The notes below the pieces were generated by a model. It saw only the letters and a program-made list of their open reading frames with translations, made no database searches and had not been told where the DNA came from. This document shows positions 1 through 9,761 of a DNA stretch of 64,000 nucleotides, in pieces (positions within the stretch are counted from its first letter, which is position 1; the number at the start of each line of letters is the position of its first letter). Both the position numbers and the translations under genes were made by a program. Source of the stretch: Ignavibacteria bacterium (GTDB taxonomy: Bacteria; Bacteroidota; Ignavibacteria; Ch128b); the NCBI GenBank assembly GCA_026415235.1, contig JAOAHM010000028.1, positions 23,928-87,927 of the forward strand. Reading direction: 5' to 3'.

Positions 1-169
1 GAACGACAAAGGTCTTGAAAGAAAATTCGACATAAAAAAATATGTTGAAAAATATTCTTCTCTTTGAAATAAATCGAACCAAATGCAATCGTTGTAGTAA
101 AAATGTTCGAAATAAATTTATTGATGTTCTATCTTATTCAGAAAATAAAAACAACAAATGAGGTCGAAG

Positions 170-568
170 ATGAAAAAGTTTTTACTAATTGTTTCTGCTT
201 TGCTTTTAGTTTTAGTAGTCAATCAATCATTTAGTCAAACTTTATTCTTTTGTGATAGTGTAGATAAAGAAGGTAACGCAATCACACCTGCAACTTCTTT
301 TAACATCTCACCAAAAGGTGGATATCTATATTTTTTAGTAGACCTTGGATTTGAAGTTGGAACCGATGAAGTCTATTACGAAATTTATCGTGTAGATACT
401 AAAGGCAAAGAAATTTATGACAGAACTATTTATAAAGAAGTTGACCCGAAAGCTAAAAAGTTTTCACACCAAGTAATGTTTAATTCACCTGGCAAGTACA
501 ACATTTATGTTTACAAAGGTGATGGTATTTATTTAACATCTAACTCACTTAGAATTAATCTGAAATAA
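170..568 (+). CDS. hypothetical secreted protein
   Basis: ORF 158..568. The internal ATG at 170 follows GAGG (160-163) and opens a classic signal peptide MKKFLLIVSALLLVLVVNQSFSQ. No family recognised. Confidence 0.6.
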   Translation: MKKFLLIVSALLLVLVVNQSFSQTLFFCDSVDKEGNAITPATSFNISPKGGYLYFLVDLGFEVGTDEVYYEIYRVDTKGKEIYDRTIYKEVDPKAKKFSHQVMFNSPGKYNIYVYKGDGIYLTSNSLRINLK

Positions 569-593
569 ATTCTCACAAAAAACGAGTTTGAAG

Positions 594-1736
594 ATGAGGG
601 AAATTTTAATTGCTCTTTCGCTTGCTATTTTTGTTTCTTGTTCTACAGTTAAAAAAACAACTGATGTTTTGAAAGAAGAAGAAATTGAAGGATTGCCCGA
701 AGCGGAAGAAATACTTAAAGATGAAGATGCAGTTGAAATATTAGAAACAAAGAAAATTGATGTAGCTGAATTCAAAACTTTAATTGAAAAACCACTCTAT
801 GAATTCGATGCTGAAGATGTTGATGAGTATCTTCGCTTTCTTTACGAATACGAACCAAGTTTGAGAGAACGAGTTGATCATCTTGCAAAGAAAATGATTG
901 GTCAGAAATATGAAATTTATCTCTTAGGTGAATTTCCTTTCGAAATTTATGACCCACAGCCACTTTATTCAATTGACAAAAGCGATTGCGTTGTTTTTAG
1001 TGAGCATATTTACGCAATGGCTCTTTCAGATAGTTGGAAAAAATTTTTTGCAATGCTTCAAAGAATTCGATACAAAGATGGTGTAATTGGTGTACTCACT
1101 CGAAATCATTTTACCGAAGCAGATTGGACAGTTAACAATTCGTGGTTAATCAAAAACATTACAGATAGTTTGCCTAATGTTCAATCGAAAAAAGTTACAA
1201 CTAAAATTGATAGAGCAAAATTTTTCAGTAAGTGGGGATTAGGTCAAGATATTCCAGTTCAGCAATTGAATTGGTCATATATTCCAGCTTCAGAAGTTCC
1301 GAAAGCATTGAAGTATTTGAAGACAGGAGATTTTGTGAATGTTGTTAGAGGATTCAATCCTGATGATGTTTATGTTGGTCATGTTGGAATAATTTCAGTT
1401 GGTTCCGATGGAACTGTTTATTTAATTCATTCGACTGAACCTGAAGTTAAAATTGAAAGACTGATTGATTACATGAACCGTTCTTTAGAACTTAACAAAC
1501 AACGAGAAAAAGAAAACGCTAAGATTGTACAAAAGAATAAAGAGATAATCGAATACAATAGAAAACTCCGTGAAAAAAATAATGGATTACCACATCCAGA
1601 CGAAAAGAAAACTCAAAGCTTAAAACCTTATTTCTATGGCTTTAGCTTTTTTGCGCTTCAAGAAAATGCTCTTGAAAATCTAAAGCAAATTGATGGACCA
1701 AAAGCACCAAAGGTCACAATTTTTGGAAGTGAATGA
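594..1736 (+). CDS. lipoprotein, DUF1460/amidase-like candidate with Lys/Glu-rich tail
   Basis: ORF 588..1736 starts at TTG. The ATG at 594 gives MREILIALSLAIFVSC (lipobox Cys). The segment GQKYEIYLLGE...SIDKSDCVVFSEHIYAMALS resembles the conserved Cys region of DUF1460 proteins (recalled, not searched). Confidence 0.55.
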   Translation: MREILIALSLAIFVSCSTVKKTTDVLKEEEIEGLPEAEEILKDEDAVEILETKKIDVAEFKTLIEKPLYEFDAEDVDEYLRFLYEYEPSLRERVDHLAKKMIGQKYEIYLLGEFPFEIYDPQPLYSIDKSDCVVFSEHIYAMALSDSWKKFFAMLQRIRYKDGVIGVLTRNHFTEADWTVNNSWLIKNITDSLPNVQSKKVTTKIDRAKFFSKWGLGQDIPVQQLNWSYIPASEVPKALKYLKTGDFVNVVRGFNPDDVYVGHVGIISVGSDGTVYLIHSTEPEVKIERLIDYMNRSLELNKQREKENAKIVQKNKEIIEYNRKLREKNNGLPHPDEKKTQSLKPYFYGFSFFALQENALENLKQIDGPKAPKVTIFGSE

Positions 1737-1810
1737 TTCCAAATTGATTTTGCTTTACTTGAGTTAGTTCAAAAATTTTTGTGGAATTCGAATTTACTTG
1801 CAAGAAGATT

Positions 1811-2488
1811 TTAGTTTATTCTCAATAACTTTTTACAAAGTTCAACTGCTTCGATAGCATTCTTACCATAACCATCTGCACCAATTTTATTTGCAAAATT
1901 TTGTGAAACTGGTGCTCCACCAACGATTATCAATTTTGTTTGAAATTTTTCTTTTAATATCTGAACTGTCTTTTGCATCGAAATCATTGTTGTTGTGAGC
2001 ATTGCCGAAAGTCCAATTATGTCTGGATTTTCTTTTTCCACAGCTTCAACAAATTTATCTATAGAAGCATCCACACCAATATCAACTACCGAAAATCCAT
2101 TTCCTTTCAGCATTACACCAACTAAATTTTTTCCAATATCATGAATATCACCTTTAACTGTTCCAAGGAGAATTTTTCCATTCCCAATTTTATCTGAAGA
2201 ATTTTCTTGAATTAACAAAGGCTCAATTATCTTCATTGCTTCTTTGAAAGCTTTGGCAGACATTAAAACTTCTGGAAGGAAAATTAGTCCATCACGAAAT
2301 TTAATTCCAACAATCTCCATCCCTTTCAATAAACCTGAAGACAAAATTTCGTTTGCTGTAATTTTTGTTCTTAATGCTTCTTCGATTACACTACTGATTG
2401 ATTTGTAATTTCCACTTATGATTAAATCTGAAATTTGTATGAGTATGTTAGAATTTTGACTATCCATCGAAATTAATTTTGTTTGCAA
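1811..2488 (-). CDS. corrinoid (cobalamin-binding) protein, helical cap plus B12-binding Rossmann module
   Basis: DxHxxG motif GDIHDIGKNLV, followed by GLSAMLTTT and IIVGGAP. An N-terminal cap-like helical region is present. Overlaps the upstream Hcy-methyltransferase gene by 29 nt. Confidence 0.85.
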   Translation of the reverse strand: MQTKLISMDSQNSNILIQISDLIISGNYKSISSVIEEALRTKITANEILSSGLLKGMEIVGIKFRDGLIFLPEVLMSAKAFKEAMKIIEPLLIQENSSDKIGNGKILLGTVKGDIHDIGKNLVGVMLKGNGFSVVDIGVDASIDKFVEAVEKENPDIIGLSAMLTTTMISMQKTVQILKEKFQTKLIIVGGAPVSQNFANKIGADGYGKNAIEAVELCKKLLRIN

Positions 2489-3347
2489 TTCGTTTGATTG
2501 CTTTTATATGTTCTGGAGTAGTTCCGCAACATCCACCTAAAATCTTCACGCAATTATTGAAAAATTTTTCAATCAACGGTTCAACAAAATCGGGAGTTTC
2601 TCGGTAAACAATCTTTCCATCTTCGAATTGTGGAATTCCAGCATTTGGTTTTGCAATTAAAGGAAGATTTGTGAGATTTTTCATTTCACAAATGATTTCA
2701 AGTGATTGTTCAAAACCTTCACCGCAATTCGTACCAATTGCTTGTACATCCCATTGTGTTGCTCGGTTGACAAAATCTAAAATGCTTTCACCCATCATCG
2801 TAAAGTATCCACGAGGAGATTTTTGAAAAGTAACTGTTATTGAAATTGGCAATGCAAGAATTTCTCTTAAAGCTTTAATTATTATTTCAGCCTCATCAAG
2901 TGATTGAACCGTTTCAACATTTATGAAATCAACTTCGTCAAGTCCTTTTGCTTGTTCTATATAAGAGTTGAATGCTTCTTCTTTGGTTATATCACCAAAA
3001 GGTTCAATCAATTCTCCAAGTGGACCAATTGATGCAGCTACAATTTTTCCGCTTGAGGCTTTGTGTGCAATTTCAACTGCTCGTTTGTTGATTTCGTAAG
3101 TTTTACTTTCGAGACCGAATCGTTTTAGTCGAAGATAATTTGCACCAAAAGTATTTGTTTGAATTATATCTGAACCAGCTTTAATGTAAGCTTGATGAAC
3201 TTTAAGCACGACATCGGGTTGAGTAAGATTTAATTCATCAGGGCAGGTGAATTCAAATTCTGCAAGTTGCTGAAGCATCGTCCCCATTGCCCCATCAAAA
3301 ACCCAAACTTTTTGTTTAGAGAGGAAATGCACTTGTAAATCCTTCAA
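2460..3347 (-). CDS. stand-alone homocysteine S-methyltransferase-domain protein (MetH Hcy-module-like)
   Basis: VFDGAMGT near the N-terminus. Zinc-ligand Cys motifs GTNCGEG and GGCCGTTPEHI. The start is TTG at 3347, with GTG at 3332 as an alternative. Confidence 0.85.
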   Translation of the reverse strand: MKDLQVHFLSKQKVWVFDGAMGTMLQQLAEFEFTCPDELNLTQPDVVLKVHQAYIKAGSDIIQTNTFGANYLRLKRFGLESKTYEINKRAVEIAHKASSGKIVAASIGPLGELIEPFGDITKEEAFNSYIEQAKGLDEVDFINVETVQSLDEAEIIIKALREILALPISITVTFQKSPRGYFTMMGESILDFVNRATQWDVQAIGTNCGEGFEQSLEIICEMKNLTNLPLIAKPNAGIPQFEDGKIVYRETPDFVEPLIEKFFNNCVKILGGCCGTTPEHIKAIKRIANKINFDG

Positions 3348-3354
3348 TTAAGAA

Positions 3355-3410
3355 AAGGTCATTCTGAAAAAATTGATGATTAAAACAAACTCGAATTTCA
3401 GAATGACCTT
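3355..3410 (-). terminator. 15-bp perfect hairpin between pta and the Hcy-methyltransferase gene
   Basis: aaggtcattctgaaa (3355-3369) and tttcagaatgacctt (3396-3410) are exact reverse complements around a 26-nt loop. On the minus strand the hairpin lies 22 nt after the pta stop and is followed by ttcttaatt. Confidence 0.5.
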
Positions 3411-3431
3411 CGGTTGATAAATTATTTTTTA

Positions 3432-4412
3432 CTAATCAGCCATTAAACATGCAATTGCTGCAGTTCCAACAATATCATCTACACTACATCCACGGCTCAA
3501 GTCGAAAATTGGTTTACGAAGTCCTTGAACAACTGGACCAATAGCTTCGGCACCACCAAACCTTTGTGCAATTTTGTAACCAATATTTCCAGCATTTAAA
3601 TCAGGGAAGATTAATACATTTGCTCGACCTGCAATTTCACTACCTGGTGCTTTGGATTTTCCAACTTTTTCTACAACTGCAGCATCAAATTGTAATTCAC
3701 CATCAACTTTAATGTCTGGTCGTTTTTGCTTTACGATTGCGGTTGCCTTTCTAACTTTATCAACCATTTCATGTTCTGCGCTTCCTTTTGTAGAAAATGA
3801 GAGCATTGCAACTAACGGTTCTTCACCAACCAATTTACTGAAATTATCAGCAGTTGAAATTGCAATGTCTGCAAGTTGTTCTTCATTCGGATTTGGCACA
3901 ACGGCACAATCAGCAAAAGCATAAACTTTTTGGGGCATCACCATCAAGAAAAAACTTGAAACAATTGAAATTCCTTCGGGCATACCTACGCAATGAATTC
4001 CAGCACGTAATACATCGGCAGTTGGCGAAGCTGAACCACCAACAAATCCATCTGCCATTCCTTCACGAACCATCATAGCGCCAAAGAACAAATTGTTCTT
4101 CATTGTCTCTTTGGCTTTCTCGAAATCAACGCCTTTATTTTTTCTCAAATTAAAGTAGATATTTGTGAAGTCAGTAAGTTTGTCAGATTTAATTGGATTT
4201 ATTATGCGAATTCCAGTTAAATCTGCATTCAATCTTTTTGCATCTTCACGGATTTTATTTTCGTCTCCGAGAAGAATAACAGAACAAATACCTTCTTTAT
4301 GTAATTTTTCTGCTGCTTGAATTACTCTTTCGTCGTGTGCCTCTGGCAACACAATTGTTTTTCTTCTTTGTTTTGCTTTTTCTTTTATCTGTTCAATTAA
4401 TCCGCTCATCAT
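3432..4412 (-). CDS. pta: phosphate acetyltransferase
   Basis: 326 aa. The N-terminus RKTIVLPEAHDERVIQAA, the segment ADCAVVPNP and the C-terminus SRGCSVDDIV are typical of short-form Pta. Confidence 0.9.
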   Translation of the reverse strand: MMSGLIEQIKEKAKQRRKTIVLPEAHDERVIQAAEKLHKEGICSVILLGDENKIREDAKRLNADLTGIRIINPIKSDKLTDFTNIYFNLRKNKGVDFEKAKETMKNNLFFGAMMVREGMADGFVGGSASPTADVLRAGIHCVGMPEGISIVSSFFLMVMPQKVYAFADCAVVPNPNEEQLADIAISTADNFSKLVGEEPLVAMLSFSTKGSAEHEMVDKVRKATAIVKQKRPDIKVDGELQFDAAVVEKVGKSKAPGSEIAGRANVLIFPDLNAGNIGYKIAQRFGGAEAIGPVVQGLRKPIFDLSRGCSVDDIVGTAAIACLMAD

Positions 4413-4948
4413 TTGTCCTCATTTTTTGTTGTTTAGTATTACAAAATTAGCAAGAAATTTATTAAGAATTTTTAAGCATGAATCCTAAGAAAAGATAAAA
4501 TTTGTTTGGTCTTGATTTCTCTCTGAATAGAAGAAGTTAGTTTTTTATTAATCAAAAGTTTTACAATTTTCAATGAAGAATTGTGATTTCTTATATATGA
4601 AAAAATCTGTTATTTCTTTGTGAAACAAAGTAAAGAAACATTACGAACTAATTAAAAATTGTTATTAAAGTGATTTTGAATTATCAAAAATCTCGAAGAT
4701 TTATTCTTCAATAAAATCAATGAACTTTATGATAGAGATGAAAATGTATTTCAATCAATAGATTTAATTTGTGAAAAATGTATCAATTTATTTTGTCATA
4801 TTTCTGCAAAAGTTCTTCTTCAAAATTTGTTATTACGAAAACCTTTGATAAACTTTTATTCAAAAATGCTTGTTGATGCAAATGTAACTTTTTAGATTAT
4901 GCTTCAGTTGAAAATTTTTTATTTAATCAAGCATGAGCTTTTCATAAT

Positions 4949-5866
4949 ATGGAAGTAGTTTTAGAGACAAAAAATCTTTCGAAGAAGTTCAAAAAAATAA
5001 CTGCCGTTGATAATTTAAGTCTATGTGTTTATCGTGGTGATGTGTTTGGATTTTTAGGTCCCAACGGAGCAGGTAAAAGCACAACAATTCGAATGTTGAC
5101 TTCATTAATTTATCCTGATGAAGGTGAAATTTTCATCTTTAACAAAAAATTATCACCAAGTTCAAAATCAGTTTTAAAAAAAGTTGGTGCAATTGTAGAA
5201 AGTCCAGACTTTTATCTCTATTTAACTGCATATAAAAATCTTGAAATCCTTGCCCGACTTTATGGATTTACTCCAACTAAAAATCAAATAATGGAGATAC
5301 TCGATTTTGTTGGTCTTGCGAATAGATGGAATAGCAAGGTTAAAACATTCTCTCATGGAATGAAACAAAGACTTGGTATCGCACAAGCTCTTCTTCACAA
5401 TCCAGAATTAATAATTCTTGATGAACCGACAACTGGACTTGATCCACAAGGTATGAAAGAAATTCGAGAACTTGTCATCTCTCTTTCGAAAGACAAAGGG
5501 AAAACAATTTTCATTTCGTCTCATCTTTTGCACGAAGTTGAGTTGATTGCAAATAGAATGATTATCATAAACAAAGGTCAAAAAGTTGTAGAAGGATATG
5601 TGAAAGATCTACTTGATAAAGACAAAGCACAATATGTTTTTCAAGTTTCAAATATAGATGAAGCAAAAAATGTTTTAGTAAGCATGAACTTGATTCCTGG
5701 TGAAGATTTCAGAATAAATCAAAATGAAATTACAATCTCAACAAAAAAAGTCTCTGCAACTGACTTGAACAAAACATTTGTTCAAAAAGGAATTGATGTA
5801 TTTGCTTTCTATCCAAGACGAACTCTTGAAGAATATTTCCTTGAAATAACTCACGGTCAAAAATGA
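4949..5866 (+). CDS. ABC transporter ATP-binding protein (ABC-2 type)
   Basis: Walker A GPNGAGKST, signature FSHGMKQRL, Walker B LIILDEPTTGLD. Overlaps the downstream permease gene by 4 nt. Confidence 0.9.
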   Translation: MEVVLETKNLSKKFKKITAVDNLSLCVYRGDVFGFLGPNGAGKSTTIRMLTSLIYPDEGEIFIFNKKLSPSSKSVLKKVGAIVESPDFYLYLTAYKNLEILARLYGFTPTKNQIMEILDFVGLANRWNSKVKTFSHGMKQRLGIAQALLHNPELIILDEPTTGLDPQGMKEIRELVISLSKDKGKTIFISSHLLHEVELIANRMIIINKGQKVVEGYVKDLLDKDKAQYVFQVSNIDEAKNVLVSMNLIPGEDFRINQNEITISTKKVSATDLNKTFVQKGIDVFAFYPRRTLEEYFLEITHGQK

Positions 5867-6702
5867 TATTCACATTAGTTTCAATCGAGCTTTATAAAAT
5901 TTTTAAGAAGTGGAGAACTTACATTGGATTTTTAGCATTTGGTATTTTCATTCCAATTTTGATTTATGGTGTAAGTGTTAGTGGAAATCATTACCAAAGA
6001 ATTTTACAAAGAAACATTGGTGATCAGTTTTTAATTGTAGGCAATTTGGTTAACGGTTGGTATGTAGCTTTCATAACAATTCAAGCAATGATAATTCACA
6101 TCCCATTCTTTATTACTCTTGTTGGTGGAGATTTATTTGCTGGTGAGGGTTCAGCAGGAACTTATCGAATGCTTTTGACAAGACCACTCAAAAGAGAATT
6201 GATTGTTGTTTCAAAATTTATTGCCGGGTTTATATATACATTCATCTTCGTATTGTTCTTTGCATTAATCTCAACTTTACCTTCGATTTATTTTTTGGGA
6301 GTAGGTGATTTGATAGTTCCACTTGAAAAAATTGTAGTCATACCTTCGAAAGAGATTCTTACAAGATTTTTACTTGCATATTTTTCGTCGTTTATTTCCA
6401 TGTGTGTCGTTTTAAGTTTAGCTGGTTTATTTTCTTCATTGGTGAATAATGCAATTGGACCAATTGTCGGAACCATGGCTGTGATTGTAATTTTTTTAAT
6501 TATTGGTGAATTACCATTTGAATTCTTTGAAAGAATTGCTCCATTTCTTTTCACAAAGTATATGACAGTATGGCTCGATGCTTTTGATTATCCAATTGAT
6601 TGGACAAAAATTTTTAACTCACTTCTGATTTTGCTTGGACACATTGTTCTATTTTTTGCGATTACAATTTTCTATTTCAGAAAGAAAGATATTTTAACTT
6701 AG
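5863..6702 (+). CDS. ABC-2 family transporter permease
   Basis: 279 aa polytopic membrane protein, translationally coupled to the ATPase (ATGA overlap). Confidence 0.75.
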   Translation: MIFTLVSIELYKIFKKWRTYIGFLAFGIFIPILIYGVSVSGNHYQRILQRNIGDQFLIVGNLVNGWYVAFITIQAMIIHIPFFITLVGGDLFAGEGSAGTYRMLLTRPLKRELIVVSKFIAGFIYTFIFVLFFALISTLPSIYFLGVGDLIVPLEKIVVIPSKEILTRFLLAYFSSFISMCVVLSLAGLFSSLVNNAIGPIVGTMAVIVIFLIIGELPFEFFERIAPFLFTKYMTVWLDAFDYPIDWTKIFNSLLILLGHIVLFFAITIFYFRKKDILT

Positions 6703-6709
6703 GTGAGAT

Positions 6710-7399
6710 ATGAAAAAAACTTTTCTCTTAATTTTAATTCTGATAAATGTTTTATTTTCTCAAGACAAAAATGCACAACGGATTGTTGAGAATATTAAAG
6801 CCAATTTCGATTTAATCAATGATTACATCGTTGAGATTAAAGGTAAAGTAGATTTTCCTGATGCAGTTATTCCAGAATTAAAAGCAAAAATTTTTTTCAA
6901 GAAACCTGATAAGTTCAAAGTTGAAAGTGATAACTTTATGATAATTCCAAAGCAGAGCATAAGGTTTAGCCCTGAGATTTTGTATGAAAAAGATTTTTCG
7001 ACTTTGATTATTGGCGAAGTTGACATTGATAAAGTGAAACATTTTATCGTTAAACTTATTTCAAACAATCCTGAAGTCGAAGAAGTAGTTACAATTTGGG
7101 TTAATTCAAAAAATTACACAATAAGAAAAATGAATGTAATTGGTTCACGTGTTGGGAAAGTAGAGATTGACTTTTATTATAAATTAATTGACGAAAAATA
7201 CTGGTTACCTGAAAAGATGGTTGCAATATTTGAAGCAAGTAGAATTCGTTTTCCACGAATAAGAAAAATTGAAAAAGAGCAAAAAGATAATTCAGATTTA
7301 TATGGTGAAGGGAAAATTACAATTGAATATTTTAATTATGTCGTGAATAAGGGAATTGATGATAAAATTTTTGAGGATAAGAAGAAATCAGTCAAGTGA
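6710..7399 (+). CDS. secreted LolA-like (outer-membrane lipoprotein-sorting fold) protein
   Basis: Signal peptide MKKTFLLILILINVLFSQ. The pattern F+KPDKF+VE...W+P resembles LolA-like/DUF4367-type proteins (recalled). Lies 7 nt after the permease gene. Confidence 0.55.
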   Translation: MKKTFLLILILINVLFSQDKNAQRIVENIKANFDLINDYIVEIKGKVDFPDAVIPELKAKIFFKKPDKFKVESDNFMIIPKQSIRFSPEILYEKDFSTLIIGEVDIDKVKHFIVKLISNNPEVEEVVTIWVNSKNYTIRKMNVIGSRVGKVEIDFYYKLIDEKYWLPEKMVAIFEASRIRFPRIRKIEKEQKDNSDLYGEGKITIEYFNYVVNKGIDDKIFEDKKKSVK

Positions 7400-8206
7400 A
7401 GCGATTAATTCATTCATAGAGTGTTTATTATCTGAACTCATAGCAAATGCCATAAGGACACCATTCTCTAATCTTAAAATAATTGAACATCCTTCATGAT
7501 CAACTTTGAAGAATTTTTTCTTTGCTAAGTCTTTGTGAATTTCTTTCACAAAATTTAGATAACCAGAATGAGAAATCTTATCCATCTCACATTCCATCAT
7601 ATAAATAGTATCATTCTCACATTTGAATAATAAATGTGCTGCTTGATAATTCTGATAATTTTCAATTCCCGCTGCAATAATTGACCATTGAGTTTTAGGC
7701 ATCTTCGGATTTTTGATACCATTTGAGGATATAAAGTTCATAACTACATCATGACTTGAGGCAAAAATTGTTTTTTCTGGAAAGTTGTGATTTCTAATTT
7801 CTTTACAATTTTGATATACAATTTTGGCTAATTCGTAATAGTACTTTTCTTTCTGATTTTCGAAGGGATTATAAAAGATTAAAAATCCAATTAATAAAAC
7901 TCCAAATGCAATGGCATATCTAATAGTCTTATTTGCAAAAAGTACTTTAATGTAATTAATTACTTTTGAAGAAAAACTCCTTTGCGATGCTAAATTAAAA
8001 ATGATTTGATTTCTGATAGCTTCAGGACAGGTCGCTTTTTGAAATCGAAAAGTTACAATTCGTTTGGCGAGACTTTCTACCTTAAAATCGAAAAAGCATG
8101 AAGAGCAAATTTTTAAATGTTCTTCAATTTCATTTTTTTTTACTGAGTCAATTTGATTATCCACATAAGGAGAGATGTATTCCTGAAATTCTTTGCAATC
8201 CATCAC
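7388..8206 (-). CDS. anti-sigma factor (zf-HC2 N-terminus, one TM segment, ~150-aa outer domain)
   Basis: N-terminal C-x23-H-x3-C-x2-C pattern (CKEF...EEHLKICSSC). TM segment IRYAIAFGVLLIGFLIFY. 4-nt overlap with the sigma factor gene. Confidence 0.7.
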   Translation of the reverse strand: MMDCKEFQEYISPYVDNQIDSVKKNEIEEHLKICSSCFFDFKVESLAKRIVTFRFQKATCPEAIRNQIIFNLASQRSFSSKVINYIKVLFANKTIRYAIAFGVLLIGFLIFYNPFENQKEKYYYELAKIVYQNCKEIRNHNFPEKTIFASSHDVVMNFISSNGIKNPKMPKTQWSIIAAGIENYQNYQAAHLLFKCENDTIYMMECEMDKISHSGYLNFVKEIHKDLAKKKFFKVDHEGCSIILRLENGVLMAFAMSSDNKHSMNELIASLD

Positions 8207-8808
8207 TCTTCACCGATTTCATCTACATTGTATCCACGAGATTTTGCATAATCGTAAAGTTTTACTGCAAGTAATTTGCGTGCTCTGTGAATTCTTGACC
8301 TTACTGTTCCGATAGGAATATCCATAAAATCGGCAATCTCTTCATAAGACATGCCTTCTACATCACACATTAATAAAACTGTTTTGAATTCTTCTGGTAA
8401 AGAGTTTATTGCTTGCATCACTTCATCATCAAATACATTGTCGTAAATTTCTCTATCAAGATTGTGCGGATTTTGTTCATTTGATTTGATTGTTTCGTAG
8501 ATTTCTTCAATTTCATCATAATCTAATTTTTCAGGTGATTTAGTATTCTTTCGATAAAAGTTTATGAAAGAATTTTTCATTATACGGAACAACCATGCTT
8601 TGCAATTAGTTCCTTTTTCGAATTTATCCCAAAAACGATAGGCTTTTATGTAAGTTTCTTGGAGTAAATCAGCAGCATCGTCGGAGTCTTGAGTTAATTG
8701 AAGAGCAAAATTATAGAGAGCATCCATGTGTGGAAGGGCTTCTTTTCTGAATTCTTCATCCAGATTTTCTATCGGTGGTCTTGTAATTCTATCTGTATCT
8801 TGAAGCAT
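8203..8808 (-). CDS. ECF-type RNA polymerase sigma-70 factor
   Basis: Region 2 DLLQETYIKAYRFWDKF...WLFRIMKNSFINFYR and region 4 SYEEIADFMDIPIGTVRSRIHRARKLL. Confidence 0.9.
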   Translation of the reverse strand: MLQDTDRITRPPIENLDEEFRKEALPHMDALYNFALQLTQDSDDAADLLQETYIKAYRFWDKFEKGTNCKAWLFRIMKNSFINFYRKNTKSPEKLDYDEIEEIYETIKSNEQNPHNLDREIYDNVFDDEVMQAINSLPEEFKTVLLMCDVEGMSYEEIADFMDIPIGTVRSRIHRARKLLAVKLYDYAKSRGYNVDEIGEE

Positions 8809-9089
8809 CTTAAAACAAATTTAAAGTAATAACTTGAATAGTTAAAGTTGAATGGGATTTATTTCTTGATGATTTCTTAATACATGAAAAATACATAAAG
8901 TGTCCAACACAATTTTTCCAATTAGAAATTTACTTAATTAAAACTCATTCGATACTTTATCTGAAAAAATTTATTCACAATGAATTTTTATAAATGTTCG
9001 TTCAATCAATTTTAATTTTATTGATTAGAATAAATAAAGGCAAAAAGAAATTATTTGATAATCATTCCATACTCAAATATATTGTTAAT

Positions 9090-9746
9090 ATGAAAAGGAA
9101 AATTTTAATAATCACATTTATGCTTATTTTGTTTTCAACAGTTTACTCACAAAATGAGGTGCAAATTGCTCGACTGAAATACAGTGGTGGAGGTGATTGG
9201 TATAATGATCCTTCAGGTGAAGTTAATTTATTGAAATATGTTCAGAATGTAACTGGCATAAAAACTAAACCTGAATATGTATTCGTTGATATTAATTCGG
9301 ACAAAATTTTCAGTTATCCAATTTTGTTTTTGACTGGACACGGTAACATCACTTTTTCAGATGCGGAAGCAAAGCGACTTCGAAAGTATCTTGAAAATGG
9401 AGGTTTCCTTTTTGCCGATGATGATTATGGAATGGATCAAGCTTTTCGCCGTGAAATGAAAAAAGTTTTTCCTGATCAACAAATGCAAGAAGTCCCGTTT
9501 AATCATCCTATATATCATTCGTACTTTAAGTTTGAGAAAGGACTTCCAAAAATTCACGAACACGATAAAAAACCACCTCAAGGTTTTGGTTATTTTATAA
9601 ATGGTAGATTATGTGTTTTTTATGCTTATGAAAGCAATCTTGGCGATGGTTGGGTCGAACCAGAAGTTTATAATGATCCACCAGAAATTCGAGAACTTGC
9701 ACTGAAAATGGGAACAAACATTATTGTATATGCATTGACACATTAA
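9090..9746 (+). CDS. DUF4159 domain protein (secreted)
   Basis: ORF 8994..9746. The ATG at 9090 opens the signal peptide MKRKILIITFMLILFSTVYSQ. ARLKYSGGGDWYNDP, FLFLTGHG and FADDDYGMD match my recollection of DUF4159. Confidence 0.7.
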   Translation: MKRKILIITFMLILFSTVYSQNEVQIARLKYSGGGDWYNDPSGEVNLLKYVQNVTGIKTKPEYVFVDINSDKIFSYPILFLTGHGNITFSDAEAKRLRKYLENGGFLFADDDYGMDQAFRREMKKVFPDQQMQEVPFNHPIYHSYFKFEKGLPKIHEHDKKPPQGFGYFINGRLCVFYAYESNLGDGWVEPEVYNDPPEIRELALKMGTNIIVYALTH

Positions 9747-9761
9747 AACTTTTAATGAATT

